Source: Desulfatiglandales bacterium
GTDB taxonomy: Bacteria; Desulfobacterota; DSM-4660; Desulfatiglandales; Desulfatiglandaceae
Direction: 5' to 3'
Assembly (NCBI GenBank): GCA_963662465.1
Contig: OY759599.1
Location: 1,632,001-1,696,000, forward strand
DNA: 64,000 nucleotides
A program made the translations under genes and the position numbers. The notes under the pieces are model-generated. The model did not search any database, was not told the origin of the DNA, and saw only the letters and a program-made list of their open reading frames with translations. How positions within the stretch are numbered: the first letter of the stretch is position 1; each line of letters starts with the position of its first letter. Positions 19,298-29,863 of this stretch are shown here, one piece after another.

Positions 19298-21877
19298 TTA
19301 TTTGAATTTTGTATTTTCTTCCTTCTTCAAAGCCTCTCTGATTTTACGTCCCAATTCGTTCATGGAAAAAGGTTTCTCGATGAAGTTTACGCCCTCATCG
19401 AGAATACCCTGGTGGGCGATAACATTTGCGGTGTAACCCGACATGAAAAGGGTCTGAATGTCAGGGTGGATCTCAGTTATTTGCCCGGCCAGATCTTTCC
19501 CGCTCATCTGGGGCATCACCACATCGGTCATCAGTAAATGAATCCGGGTTGTATGCTCCCTCACCATCTCGATGGCTTCATCCGGCTTGGTTGTCGGGAA
19601 CACGCCATATCCCAGCCTTTCGAGCATCATTTTGCTCAAATTGAGAACACCGGCATCGTCCTCCACCAGCAAAATGGTTTCCCCATGACCTTTGGCGATC
19701 TTTTCAGGACGGCCTGACTCATTTTGCGTCATGTCGCCATGGTATCTGGGGATGTATATTTTGAAGGTCGTTCCTTTTCTCGGTTCGCTATAGACATTCG
19801 TGAAACCACCATTCTGTTTGAGAATGCCGTAAATGGTGGAAAGTCCCAACCCGGTCCCTTTTCCAACCTCTTTGGTGGTAAAAAAGGGTTCAAATATCTG
19901 TTCCAGTGTGGCCTTGTCCATGCCGGAACCGTCATCGCTCAGGGCCAGCATGGCATATTGGCCGGGTAAAAACTCTGTATGGGTTGAACAATAGTCTTTA
20001 TCCATGACCACATTCCTGGTTTCGATGGTCAATTTCCCTACATCCTCAATTGCGTCCCTTGCATTGACACAGAGATTGGCTAGTACCTGATCGACTTGAG
20101 CGGGGTCCATCTTAATCGTCCATAGATTCGGTCCGGGGCGCCATATCAGTTCGATGTTTTCACCGATGAGACGCCTCAGCATTTTGAGCATTCCCTCAAC
20201 CGTGTCATTCAGGTCAAGCAGTTTGGGGGAGATGGTTTGTTTCCTGGCAAAGGCCAAAAGCTGACGCGTCAGCGCTGCCGAACGGTTGGCGGCATTAAGG
20301 ATCTGCTCAAGCTCCCCATGATGGGAATCCTCAGGATTTATATCTTCAAGCATCATTTGTGTGTAGCCCTGAATGACGGCGAGATTGTTATTGAAATCGT
20401 GAGCCACCCCTCCCGCGAGCCTGCCGACGGATTCCATTTTCTGGGCCTGTAAGAGCTGTGCCTGAAGTCTTTCACGTTCTGCTTCGCTCTGTTTTCGATA
20501 GGTGATATCCACGGCGTTGGAGAGAAGGCGCCTTTTTCCCTCATATTCAATGGTTTCACCGGAAAACAGACAGGTACGTTTTGAACCATCCGCGCATGTG
20601 AGTTGAATTTCCAGATCTTTGATCCGTCTCTCAGGGTTTAAAAGATTCAGAAGTTTCTGACGGTCTTCAACCGCAATCAATCCCAGCTCCGTAGAAGTCC
20701 TGCCGATGACTTCTTTACGGGTGTACCCCGTAGCACGAACAAATGCCTCGTTGACTTCAAGATAACAACCGTTTTCAAGGGCGGTTATGGCCATGAGCAA
20801 CGGTGCATTCCGGAATGCCTTTGAGAATTTTTCCTCGGATGCCCGCAGTATCTTTTCATCCTTATGCCGGTCCGTGACATTTCTCGCAATTTCAACGGCG
20901 CCCATCACCCGGCCGGATTCGTCTTTGACCGGTACGCAATAATCCTCCCAATAGGATTCTCCAATTCCCTTCATGTGGGGCTGATACATGGTCTTATGGC
21001 TTGGTTTTCCTGAAATAAAGGCTTCGAGGGTCGGACAGCCCGGACAGGGGCTGTCGGAGTTCTGGAATAGTTGATGGCAGGTGTGCCCGATCAAATCATC
21101 GGGATGCCGGTCGATTATTCCGGCGGCTGTTTTGTTTGCCCAGATTATTTTCAATTCCGCATCCACCAGTATGATCACATCAATGGACGCATCAAGAATG
21201 GCTTGTTTTTCCGATTCATTATAATTGAGGTTTTCGACCAGCTCACGGTACTTGTTTTCACTTTCTTTCAGCTTGTCGAGCAGGCTTTCTTTTTCACGAA
21301 CACTTCGATTCAGTTCGAGGTTTTTATACCCCAATTCTGAAATGAGCCCGGCAAATTTGGTGTAAAAGTCCATTACTGTATTGACGGTTTGCCGGCTCCA
21401 TCTAGGCACCTTTTCAAGTGCCTCAATATAGAGATCTTCTTCGAAACCAAATTTTTGAGCCTGGAGACGAAATGTCTCGACATTGACCGACTCGTCCTCA
21501 AAGAGAAACTGCCCCAGATAAAGGTTCCCTATTTTATGCCCCCCCACAGCAATCGGGGTCGCCATGTCCAGCATATTGTTTTTGCAGCGATATAATTTGA
21601 AGTTCCCTGGTTCGATACCCTTCGAAAGCTCAAGATCGCTTTCCATACAGTTTTTTAATGTTTCAGGGTGGACACGGTGAAATTTTATGCAGATATCCTG
21701 CCACCCCTTTGCAACAAGCACTTTCCCCTCAAGGTCCAGGATGGCGATGCCAATATTTGTAAGGTCATAAAAATCATCCATCAACGATTGGATTGCTTTC
21801 ACATCAATAATGGATTCGAATTTCAGGTTTTTAAGGAATTCTTCAGAGTTCGGTTTTTCAATCATGCCCATTACCAA
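19298..21877 (-). CDS. Hybrid sensor kinase (PocR, PAS, PAS, HisKA, HATPase, REC)
   Basis: PocR motifs [41 protein letters not shown]. Confidence 0.92.
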   Translation of the reverse strand: MVMGMIEKPNSEEFLKNLKFESIIDVKAIQSLMDDFYDLTNIGIAILDLEGKVLVAKGWQDICIKFHRVHPETLKNCMESDLELSKGIEPGNFKLYRCKNNMLDMATPIAVGGHKIGNLYLGQFLFEDESVNVETFRLQAQKFGFEEDLYIEALEKVPRWSRQTVNTVMDFYTKFAGLISELGYKNLELNRSVREKESLLDKLKESENKYRELVENLNYNESEKQAILDASIDVIILVDAELKIIWANKTAAGIIDRHPDDLIGHTCHQLFQNSDSPCPGCPTLEAFISGKPSHKTMYQPHMKGIGESYWEDYCVPVKDESGRVMGAVEIARNVTDRHKDEKILRASEEKFSKAFRNAPLLMAITALENGCYLEVNEAFVRATGYTRKEVIGRTSTELGLIAVEDRQKLLNLLNPERRIKDLEIQLTCADGSKRTCLFSGETIEYEGKRRLLSNAVDITYRKQSEAERERLQAQLLQAQKMESVGRLAGGVAHDFNNNLAVIQGYTQMMLEDINPEDSHHGELEQILNAANRSAALTRQLLAFARKQTISPKLLDLNDTVEGMLKMLRRLIGENIELIWRPGPNLWTIKMDPAQVDQVLANLCVNARDAIEDVGKLTIETRNVVMDKDYCSTHTEFLPGQYAMLALSDDGSGMDKATLEQIFEPFFTTKEVGKGTGLGLSTIYGILKQNGGFTNVYSEPRKGTTFKIYIPRYHGDMTQNESGRPEKIAKGHGETILLVEDDAGVLNLSKMMLERLGYGVFPTTKPDEAIEMVREHTTRIHLLMTDVVMPQMSGKDLAGQITEIHPDIQTLFMSGYTANVIAHQGILDEGVNFIEKPFSMNELGRKIREALKKEENTKFK

Positions 21878-21885
21878 ATTCGTTT

Positions 21886-23511
21886 TTAAAGATTGCTTCT
21901 GACGCCTTGCGACTTGCGACTAACCCCTTTCGGCAAAAGGCACCGAGCAGCTACACCCATCTCCCCAGATACTCTTTTATTCACCGTTGGATCAATCCGG
22001 CAAACGTGGGGAAGCCTCGGTGCGAAACGGTCCGCATCATCCAAGATCGGTTTTCCCACGGATCGGGCGATACCTCTCAACATCCCTCTAAAAACTACCT
22101 GGTGGAAGGGATAGAGAATATACCAGTAAGCAATTCCACCAATCCCTTTGGGCAAAAACCGGGAGAGTTGCTGAAGTTCCGTACCCCCTTCCGGTAATGC
22201 ATAGAGCCGGTATTCCAGGACGGCCTCGCCGGGGATCTTCATTTCCGAAAGCAGAGAGAGGAATTCATTTTCCCGCACATCGAGAACACGGAAGAAATCC
22301 ACCGGGTCTCCCGGCCGGAGCAGCACCGGATCGAGACGACCCCGCCTGAGACCCATGCCACCCGCCAGTCGATCCATGAGGCCCCGCAACGCCCACAAAA
22401 ATTTGGATGAATACCAGCCACGTCTTCCACCGATACGGACGATGCTTCCCCATGCCTCGCGGGGCTCTGCAGAAAGCGAAATCCGGTATCCCGACTCCAG
22501 GACGGTCCCGCCCGCGTATGGGACATCTCCACATTGGGCCCATTCCGGATAGTCGATGGGGCCGGCATCGGCCCAGCAGGTTTCAACACATTTTTCCTTT
22601 ACCTTCCCCAGGGCCAGTCGAAAGGTTTCCCGGCAGTCCTGGAGATCCTGGGGAATGATGGAACGGATGCGGTTTTCCCGGCAGATAACGGGGTTTCGAA
22701 GCCCTTCCGCCAAGGGTTTGGCAATATGGGAAGGGACGGGGGTCACCAGATGAACCCAGTAGGAACTGAGTCGGGGGGTGAGTACGGGCACGCCAATGAT
22801 CCACCGCTTTTTCAAACCGGCCACCTCTGCGTATGTTTGTATGAGCTCCCGGTAGGTCAAAATATCCGGACCGCCGATATCAAAGGTGCCGCCAAGGGTC
22901 TCATCATGCTCAAGACAGCCTTTCAGGTAACCCAGGACATTGCTGATGGCAATGGGTTGTACTTGATTTTGAACCCAGCGGGGTGTGATCATGACCGGCA
23001 GCCGTTCGGTGAGATATCGCATCATTTCAAAAGAGGCGCTTCCCGATCCCAGGATCATGGCCGCCCTTAAGAAAGTGGTCGGAACATCACCGGATTGGAG
23101 GATGTTGGCCACTTCCGTGCGGGAACGCAAATGCTTGCTCAAGGTCTTGCTCTCGACCCCGAGCCCCCCCAGATAAATGATCCGTTCCAGCCCCCCGTGT
23201 GACGCAGCGCGCGCCATATTCCGGGCCGCATTGCGGTCGGCTTCGGCAAAATCCTTGTGCCGGGGGTTCATGGAATGGACCAGATAAAAGGCCGCCCAAC
23301 ACCCTTGGGCCGCTTTTTCCAGGGAGGCATAATCCAGAAAATCGCCTTTGGCCATCTCGATATTTTTATGTCTCGCCCAGGGCCGCGAACTAAGTTTCTT
23401 AAGGGATCGGCCCAGTACGCGAACGCGATACCCGGCATCCAGCAGAAGGGGGACAAGCCTTCCCCCGACATACCCCGTGCCCCCGCTGACCAGAACCGGC
23501 TCACTTCGCAT
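21886..23511 (-). CDS. Atypical SDR/NAD-binding protein with C-terminal DUF2867-like domain (YbjT-like)
   Basis: GGTGYVG, AFYLVHSM, SKHLRSR, GSGSASFE, YWYILYPFH. Confidence 0.88.
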   Translation of the reverse strand: MRSEPVLVSGGTGYVGGRLVPLLLDAGYRVRVLGRSLKKLSSRPWARHKNIEMAKGDFLDYASLEKAAQGCWAAFYLVHSMNPRHKDFAEADRNAARNMARAASHGGLERIIYLGGLGVESKTLSKHLRSRTEVANILQSGDVPTTFLRAAMILGSGSASFEMMRYLTERLPVMITPRWVQNQVQPIAISNVLGYLKGCLEHDETLGGTFDIGGPDILTYRELIQTYAEVAGLKKRWIIGVPVLTPRLSSYWVHLVTPVPSHIAKPLAEGLRNPVICRENRIRSIIPQDLQDCRETFRLALGKVKEKCVETCWADAGPIDYPEWAQCGDVPYAGGTVLESGYRISLSAEPREAWGSIVRIGGRRGWYSSKFLWALRGLMDRLAGGMGLRRGRLDPVLLRPGDPVDFFRVLDVRENEFLSLLSEMKIPGEAVLEYRLYALPEGGTELQQLSRFLPKGIGGIAYWYILYPFHQVVFRGMLRGIARSVGKPILDDADRFAPRLPHVCRIDPTVNKRVSGEMGVAARCLLPKGVSRKSQGVRSNL

Positions 23512-23581
23512 ATGAAATACCTCCTTTATCTTTCAATTGTTTTTCCCCATGGGATAATTTCATGCTCACTCAAAACAAAAC

Positions 23582-25762
23582 CTATGGGGTTGTATCCGTT
23601 TTGATGGTCACGATTCCCAGATAGCCGTCTACCGTGATCCGGTCTCCGGTTTTAATCAGGGTCGTGGCGTCGGGAACACCTGTTACGCAGGGAAGGCCGT
23701 ACTCCCGCGCAATGATGGCACCGTGAATCAACATGCCGCCACGGCGCTCCACAATGCCGTTTGAGAGCGGCACAACGAAGGTCATGGCGGGATCGATGGC
23801 ATCGCATACCAGTATTTCCCCAGACTGAAATCCGGTAAGATCCGACGCTTTCCATATGACCCGGGCCGGACCTTCACCGAGCCCGGGGCCCGCGGGCTGT
23901 CCGGTCAACTGGCGAGGCCTGAAATTAACATTTTCGTCTTTCGCCGTGGCGTGTACGGCAGAGTGGGGAACATAGGCTTTTTTCTTAGCCCTTGAAATCA
24001 GATCCTCGAAAGAACGTCGGTCCTTCTCCTCAGACGAATCGTCAGCCAGGCGTTTCTCGGCCAAAGCAACGACCTCGTCCAGCGCCGATTCGATCCTGCC
24101 CAGATAAATGTTGTCGTCATCCCTCAGTCGATAACTGGCCCTGGCCAGATCGAGTATTTCCGCGGCTTCCGCTCTTTTCTTCCCCTGGAAACGGGACAGA
24201 AACGATTCCGTGAGGGCGGAAATATCCTTTCGTGCCACGGCGGTCCTATGGGCGGAAGCCATACGCAGCAGGATGCCGCACACGTGAGTCCGGCACTCGG
24301 ACAAAGAAGTCCCCAGGCAGATGACTTGTCCGTATTCAGAGATAAAATCGTCCATCCGCTTTAGAAAAGAGGCCTCCGCATTTTTAAGATCACCCGCCTC
24401 CAGCAATTGCCGAAGTTGAGAATTTTCTCGAATGCCCCGGGCCAGATCTTCAAGCAAACGGTTTCGCTTGAGGCTTTCCATTTCAGTCGCCGCCAGGAGG
24501 CCCATGAACTCGTAAGGGTCCGAAGGGTGTACGGCATCGTTATAGACCTGTCCGAAAAGTCGGGCGCCGTGTGCGAAGGGAATGAAATCGTGCCAATAGG
24601 TTTCCACCCATTTCTGGTGGAGATGGCTTCGCCCCGCCACTTCACGTGCGAGCGCTTCCATGGAAAGGATTTCCAGGTTCTCGGATTCCAAACGGGATGC
24701 ATCTTCCATCAAGGCCGGGATCAGCTTATTTTCTATTTTTTTCCGAAGGGCCTTGAGATTGTCGAAACTCCTGCTCAAGCTCAAATACCAGGACCGATCA
24801 TCCCCTGTTTCACCCCCTTTTTCCGTGGTGATGGGCCGCGATTGAAGCAGGCAGAGGGTCTTTTCACGAAAGGTCCATTCCACGTCCTGGGGGCTTTCAA
24901 AATGGTTTTCCGCGTCCATGGCCAACCGATATACCGCATCCACCTCCCCGTCCTTCAAGGGAGGGTGTGGGGCCATGTGTGAAGGAAGACTCTCCAGGGC
25001 GGCACCCTCTTTGGTGGGGACAACCCAGGAATCTCTCTCGGGTGCTGTGTGCGAGAGAATATTCCCCGAGATCCTGTCCAGTATCCAGCGGTCAGGTTCC
25101 ACGCTGCCATCCACCATGCCCTGGTTCAAGCCGTACACCGATTCAACAATCGATTGAGATGGTTCCATGGGACTTCGACAGAAAGCGACACCCGAGCGAT
25201 CCCCAAAGACCATCTCCTGTATCACCACGGCCATGGTGCTCTTTTCAGGATCGAGCCCCAGCTCCTTTCGGTAGAGCAGGGCGGCATCGGACCAGAGGGA
25301 CGCCCACACTTTTAGAACATGTTCCAGTATGGCGTCCAGATTGCGCACGTTCACATAGGAGTCGTGAAGCCCGGCGAAAGACGCCTTTTTTGAGTCTTCC
25401 CCGGGAGACGATGACCGAACCGCCACGGGCATGTTTAAAAAAAACGCGGCGATCATATCTTCGAGGGTATCTTTAAGAGGCAACGGCATGGGGGTCGTCA
25501 GGAACAGGTTTCGAATGCGAAGAGATGCATCCCACATTTCTTCCCACCGCATGTCACGAAAGGCTTTCCGATGGATTTCCATCAGGATTCGCTCACGAAT
25601 GCCGGTGGATGCGACATAATGATCATAAGCGTCGGAGGTGACACACAGGGCTTTCGGAACATTGAATCCGGCTTTCCATGAGGATGCCAGGGCAAACGCT
25701 TTTCCTCCGACCTTGTGTCGGTCTGTGTTCCGAATGCTTTCTATGGGAAGAATCAATGTCAT
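23582..25762 (-). CDS. PEP-utilising dikinase-like enzyme (ATP-grasp N-domain, central domain, C-terminal His swivel)
   Basis: VGGKA, VAVRSS..ED..SFAG, QDVEW, LQSRPIT; C-terminal GGMLIHGAIIAREYG. Confidence 0.88.
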   Translation of the reverse strand: MTLILPIESIRNTDRHKVGGKAFALASSWKAGFNVPKALCVTSDAYDHYVASTGIRERILMEIHRKAFRDMRWEEMWDASLRIRNLFLTTPMPLPLKDTLEDMIAAFFLNMPVAVRSSSPGEDSKKASFAGLHDSYVNVRNLDAILEHVLKVWASLWSDAALLYRKELGLDPEKSTMAVVIQEMVFGDRSGVAFCRSPMEPSQSIVESVYGLNQGMVDGSVEPDRWILDRISGNILSHTAPERDSWVVPTKEGAALESLPSHMAPHPPLKDGEVDAVYRLAMDAENHFESPQDVEWTFREKTLCLLQSRPITTEKGGETGDDRSWYLSLSRSFDNLKALRKKIENKLIPALMEDASRLESENLEILSMEALAREVAGRSHLHQKWVETYWHDFIPFAHGARLFGQVYNDAVHPSDPYEFMGLLAATEMESLKRNRLLEDLARGIRENSQLRQLLEAGDLKNAEASFLKRMDDFISEYGQVICLGTSLSECRTHVCGILLRMASAHRTAVARKDISALTESFLSRFQGKKRAEAAEILDLARASYRLRDDDNIYLGRIESALDEVVALAEKRLADDSSEEKDRRSFEDLISRAKKKAYVPHSAVHATAKDENVNFRPRQLTGQPAGPGLGEGPARVIWKASDLTGFQSGEILVCDAIDPAMTFVVPLSNGIVERRGGMLIHGAIIAREYGLPCVTGVPDATTLIKTGDRITVDGYLGIVTIKTDTTP

Positions 25763-26211
25763 GGCGGCATATGGATTTCAACAACGTTTTGGAACCGTCT
25801 CACCAGGTAATAGACCTCTACGGTCAACCTTAGAAAAGCACAACTGGGCGAATTGACGAACTCCTTCAGGTACGGGTGTTTTTTTAGATAGGGGAGCAAG
25901 GCCTCGGCTCTTTCGGCGTCGGAGATCTCCTTCACAAAGCCCGTAGCCGTAACGGCCATGGCCGAGTGAATATCCGTTTCTTCATTGGAACGGTTGTCTA
26001 TCAGTATGGCTGCTCGTTTGTCCGAGGTCAGGTTGGCGTATTTCCGGGTGGATCGGGTGGTGGCAAACAGGAGTTGTGACAACAGAGCATTGGATGCAAA
26101 AGAGACGAGGCTGGCGTAAGGTTGACCGGCATTGTGTGTGGACAAAACGGCCAGCTTCTGGCTGTTCAGGAGATGGGTCAATTCGTTTAATAAGCCGTCT
26201 CTTTCTTTCAT
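25759..26211 (-). CDS. Pyridoxamine 5'-phosphate oxidase family (FMN split-barrel) protein
   Basis: LAVLST..QPYASLV..FAT..TRKYANL; 4-bp overlap with the downstream gene. Confidence 0.85.
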   Translation of the reverse strand: MKERDGLLNELTHLLNSQKLAVLSTHNAGQPYASLVSFASNALLSQLLFATTRSTRKYANLTSDKRAAILIDNRSNEETDIHSAMAVTATGFVKEISDAERAEALLPYLKKHPYLKEFVNSPSCAFLRLTVEVYYLVRRFQNVVEIHMPP

Positions 26212-26654
26212 GCGCCTCCTGTTGCAGCATACCTCAATTTTAAGAAATAAGGCTTTAATAAAAACTCGTTACCCATTACCACAATTATCATTTTCAACAG
26301 TGAAATGCAAGGATGCTGTGCAGGGCAAATTTGTTCTATTTGTAAACCTTTGATATCAAAACCTTATGAAGGACACATCAATTCAAACAAATCAATGGAT
26401 TAGCGTTAGAACAAATTCACCGTGGGATGCTGTGGGCGGGCCACCAAAAAAATGCTTCAGCAGGCGCAATGAATCATGAGATCAATTTTGAAAAATACTT
26501 GTACGATGGTTGACAATACCTATTCTTACTTCTATATTTTGATGAAGCATTTTTGGATTAAAATAAAATGCGAAGGGATAAGGTGGCTTGACTCATTGGT
26601 CGAATTACTCAAAACAGCATTCGTGTAATGCGCAATCCAAAAAAGGAGAAGAAA

Positions 26655-26807
26655 ATGGCCGAACAAGGATTTGTATGGGTAAAGGACAAGGCGGGAAACG
26701 AGTTCGTATGTCACGTAAATGATCTAAAGGACCCCAAGAATGTTAGTGAAGATGATCTCAAAAACTGCTTGGATGACGCCACCATGGGTGTCAACATCGG
26801 TGACTAA
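26655..26807 (+). CDS. 50-aa small acidic protein, not in the ORF track
   Basis: AAGGAG RBS; MAEQGFVWVKDKAGNEFVCHVNDLKDPKNVSEDDLKNCLDDATMGVNIGD*; followed by a terminator. Confidence 0.75.
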   Translation: MAEQGFVWVKDKAGNEFVCHVNDLKDPKNVSEDDLKNCLDDATMGVNIGD

Positions 26808-26850
26808 AAACAGGATTGACTCAATCTAAACGCATCAATGATAAAATCGA

Positions 26851-26887
26851 AAAAAAGGCCGTGGAAAATAATCCATGGCCTTTTTTG
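26851..26887. terminator. Intrinsic, possibly bidirectional, terminator
   Basis: aaaaaaggccgtgga-aaataa-tccatggccttttttg. Confidence 0.8.
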
Positions 26888-27044
26888 TATCACCTTTCAA
26901 TCCAAGCCTGGGGGACATCTAATTTTTTAATCGCCTTACCCCAGTATCCAATTTTTTTTCTTATGCCGTTTATGGTTTTTTATTTGCTCCCGGAAAGTAT
27001 TCCTGTATGCTTGTTGTCCAAGCCAATTGAACAGGGAGTTCATC

Positions 27045-27992
27045 ATGGAAAAGATTCGCATAGGTGTCAGCACATGTCTTCTTGGGGAGTCCGTTCGGTA
27101 TGACGGCGGGCATGCCCGCGACCGGTATGTAACGGATACGCTGGGGCAATACACGGAATTTATGTCCGTCTGTCCCGAAATGGAGGCGGGTTTGGGACTG
27201 CCCCGCGAGCCGATTCGCCTGGTGGGAGACCCGGAATCCCCCCGCGTCGTCACCATCAACACCAACAAAGACCTCACGGAAACCATGACCACCTGGGCAC
27301 AGCAGCGGGTAAGGGAACTTGAAAAGGAAGACTTTTGCGGTTTTATTTTCAAAAGTAAATCCCCCAGCAGCGGCATGGAGCGGGTGAAAGTCTATACGGA
27401 AAAAGGGATGCCGGTTAAAAAAGGCGTGGGTGTTTTTGCCAAGGCCTTTATGGAACATTTTCCGCTTATTCCGGTGGAAGAAGATGGAAGGCTTCATGAT
27501 CCCCATCTGCGGGAGAATTTCATTGAACGGATCTTTACTCTGAACCGGTGGCGGCAAATGCTGAAGGAGAAACCGAGTGCCGGAACACTTGTAAAATTTC
27601 ATACCCGGCACAAATTACTGCTCCTTTCCCACAGCACGAAGCTTTACCGGGAGATGGGAAAACTGGTGGCGGAAACCAAAGGGAAACAGATATCCGAAAT
27701 CTTTGACCGTTACGAGTCCCTGCTCATGGAAGCTCTGCGGTTAAAGGCCACGAACAAAAAACACACCAATGTACTGCATCACATGATGGGGTATTTTAAA
27801 AAACAGCTCACCCCGGACGAGAAGCAGGAACTTTTGGAAGTGATCGATGACTTTTATAACGGCCTTGTCCCCCTTATCGTCCCGGTGACACTCTTTAAGC
27901 ATTACGTGAGAAAATATGAACAATCCTATTTGAAAGATCAGTTCTACCTCTCACCCCATCCCATGGAGCTCAAACTTCGAAACCGTGTTTGA
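27045..27992 (+). CDS. ybgA: YbgA family DUF523/DUF1722 protein
   Basis: GVSTCLLGESVRYDGGH, CPE..GLGLPRE, KSPSSG, EEDGRL, FHTRHK, HMMGYFK. Confidence 0.9.
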   Translation: MEKIRIGVSTCLLGESVRYDGGHARDRYVTDTLGQYTEFMSVCPEMEAGLGLPREPIRLVGDPESPRVVTINTNKDLTETMTTWAQQRVRELEKEDFCGFIFKSKSPSSGMERVKVYTEKGMPVKKGVGVFAKAFMEHFPLIPVEEDGRLHDPHLRENFIERIFTLNRWRQMLKEKPSAGTLVKFHTRHKLLLLSHSTKLYREMGKLVAETKGKQISEIFDRYESLLMEALRLKATNKKHTNVLHHMMGYFKKQLTPDEKQELLEVIDDFYNGLVPLIVPVTLFKHYVRKYEQSYLKDQFYLSPHPMELKLRNRV

Positions 27993-28027
27993 ATTTTTGA
28001 AAGGCAAACTTTGCAAGGAGGTGTTTT

Positions 28028-28519
28028 ATGGGCCATCAAAAATATATTTCTTTTTTCCTCGTGGCAATTTTAGCAGCATGGGTTCTTGCGGGTTGCTATC
28101 CCAAAAGGGTGGGTCCCGAAGGTCCCGAAGGAAAGCGGTTAACCTGGGCTGAAATGAACCATTCTCAGCGCAAAGTGTTCATGGGCAAGGAAATTCTACC
28201 CCGCGCGGCCGTTCTTTTCAAAGAGTGGCGGCCGAAACGTTTTGCCGGTGTAGACTGCACACTGTGTCACGGATCCGGGGTAAACACGGGAAATTTTCAT
28301 ATGCCCACTTCCCATCTCCCCAGGCTCAGCGGTGAATTGTTCCTGGGACCCGAGTTCAAAAAATATCCGGAGACAACCCAACTGAAGCTGGATCGCCTCG
28401 TGCCCATGATGGCCGAAACCCTTGGTGTGAAGCCCTTCAGCATTGTCACCCAAACCGGATTCGGATGCTATTCCTGTCATTTAGGCCCATCGGGGCCCAT
28501 GTTTGGGAACCAGCTTTAA
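28028..28519 (+). CDS. Diheme c-type cytochrome lipoprotein
   Basis: Lipobox VLAGC; CTLCH and CYSCH heme-binding motifs. Confidence 0.8.
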   Translation: MGHQKYISFFLVAILAAWVLAGCYPKRVGPEGPEGKRLTWAEMNHSQRKVFMGKEILPRAAVLFKEWRPKRFAGVDCTLCHGSGVNTGNFHMPTSHLPRLSGELFLGPEFKKYPETTQLKLDRLVPMMAETLGVKPFSIVTQTGFGCYSCHLGPSGPMFGNQL

Positions 28520-28633
28520 GACAGAAAGGGCGATGGAAAGTCGTTTAAAAAACCGTTTCTACAGGCCCGGCTCACTGCCATTTACGATGCAGACATGGCT
28601 GCTTTTCACGGTCTTGAAAAAATGAGGTAAACC

Positions 28634-29191
28634 ATGCAAAACCGATCCGGAATCCTAAGGACGTTCATCGCCTGCGCCGTATTGATAATCAACGGCTGCG
28701 CCTGCCCCCCCTCTACGAAGTACATCGACCAGACGGTGGCGTCGGTCGAACTGCCCCGATATATGGGAAAATGGTATGCCATCGCTTCTCTCCCTGCCTG
28801 GTTTCAGAAGAACTGCTACTGTGTCACGGCGGAATATTCACTGCAGCAGGACCACGTAAAAGTGGTCAACGCATGTCGAAAAGGGTCTCCGGAGGGACCT
28901 TTGAAAGTGAGTACCGCCAAAGCTTTTGTGGTCCCCAATACGGGCAATTCCCGGCTCAAGGTTCAGTTCTTCCGGCCTTTCAAAGGGGATTACTGGGTGA
29001 TTGCCCTGGATGATGACTATCGATACGCCATGGTCGGACACCCTTGCAGAAAGTATCTCTGGATTCTGAGCCGCACACCCACCATGGATGAAAAAACCTA
29101 TGCCATGCTCGTTGAGACAGCAAAGTCCAAGGGATATGATGTTGAAAAGCTCGAACGCATTCCTCAGGAATGTCCGCCCGCGATTGATTAA
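28634..29191 (+). CDS. blc: Bacterial lipocalin
   Basis: RYMGKWY, YWVIALD, YLWILSRTP; lipoprotein-like signal. Confidence 0.9.
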   Translation: MQNRSGILRTFIACAVLIINGCACPPSTKYIDQTVASVELPRYMGKWYAIASLPAWFQKNCYCVTAEYSLQQDHVKVVNACRKGSPEGPLKVSTAKAFVVPNTGNSRLKVQFFRPFKGDYWVIALDDDYRYAMVGHPCRKYLWILSRTPTMDEKTYAMLVETAKSKGYDVEKLERIPQECPPAID

Positions 29192-29279
29192 TACTGTCAA
29201 AGCAATCGGGAGACCGAATCCAATTTGAAACCGTTTCTTTATAAACATCAGACAGAGTAATTCCGAGGAGGAATGGATT

Positions 29280-29522
29280 ATGCCGATGATAGCTGTACCA
29301 GCTCATTTCGATGGTGAGCGAATTCGCTTGGATGAGCCATTTGACTTGAAGCCGAATACGAAACTGATTGTTACTATTCTTGCAGAAAAAGAACCTGGAA
29401 GTGACCATGAAAGTTGGTCGAATTTGTCAAGTCAGAGACTGGAAGACGCATACGGAAAGAACGAGCCTGAATACTCTTCAAACTTGATCAAGGAGGCGAA
29501 TCCCGACTATGAAAGAAGGTGA
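29280..29522 (+). CDS. Putative antitoxin of the MazF/PemK-like pair
   Basis: Small acidic ORF (AHFDGERIRLDEP...LEDAYG..EPEY) overlapping the toxin start. Confidence 0.65.
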   Translation: MPMIAVPAHFDGERIRLDEPFDLKPNTKLIVTILAEKEPGSDHESWSNLSSQRLEDAYGKNEPEYSSNLIKEANPDYERR

Positions 29523-29863
29523 TGTTATTCTTACACCAGTTCCCCAAGCTGACGGCAAACTAAAGGAAAGGCCTGCAATTTTCCTGCGGGAAATGCCCCC
29601 CTATCGTGATCTGCTTGTCTGTGGCGTCAGCACACAGTTACACCGGCATGTCAAAGATTTTGACGAGCTTCTCTCGCCTGCCGATGGGGATTTCAAGGCA
29701 AGTTGTATTCGAAAAAAAATCACTGATTCGACTCGGCTTTTTAGCTGTATTACCGCGCTATCGTGTGCTTGGTTCAATTGGTTCCATCTCAGCTGAGCGT
29801 CACAAACGTCTTTTGAGAAAACTGAGTGATTACCTCAACGATTCTACTAAAACAACAGGTTGA
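29509..29863 (+). pseudogene. PemK/MazF family toxin, frameshifted in an A8 tract
   Basis: MKEGDVIL..P..DGKLKERPA..GVSTQ in one frame and SLIRLG..SIGSI in the next; deleting one A at 29712-29719 joins them. Confidence 0.8.
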
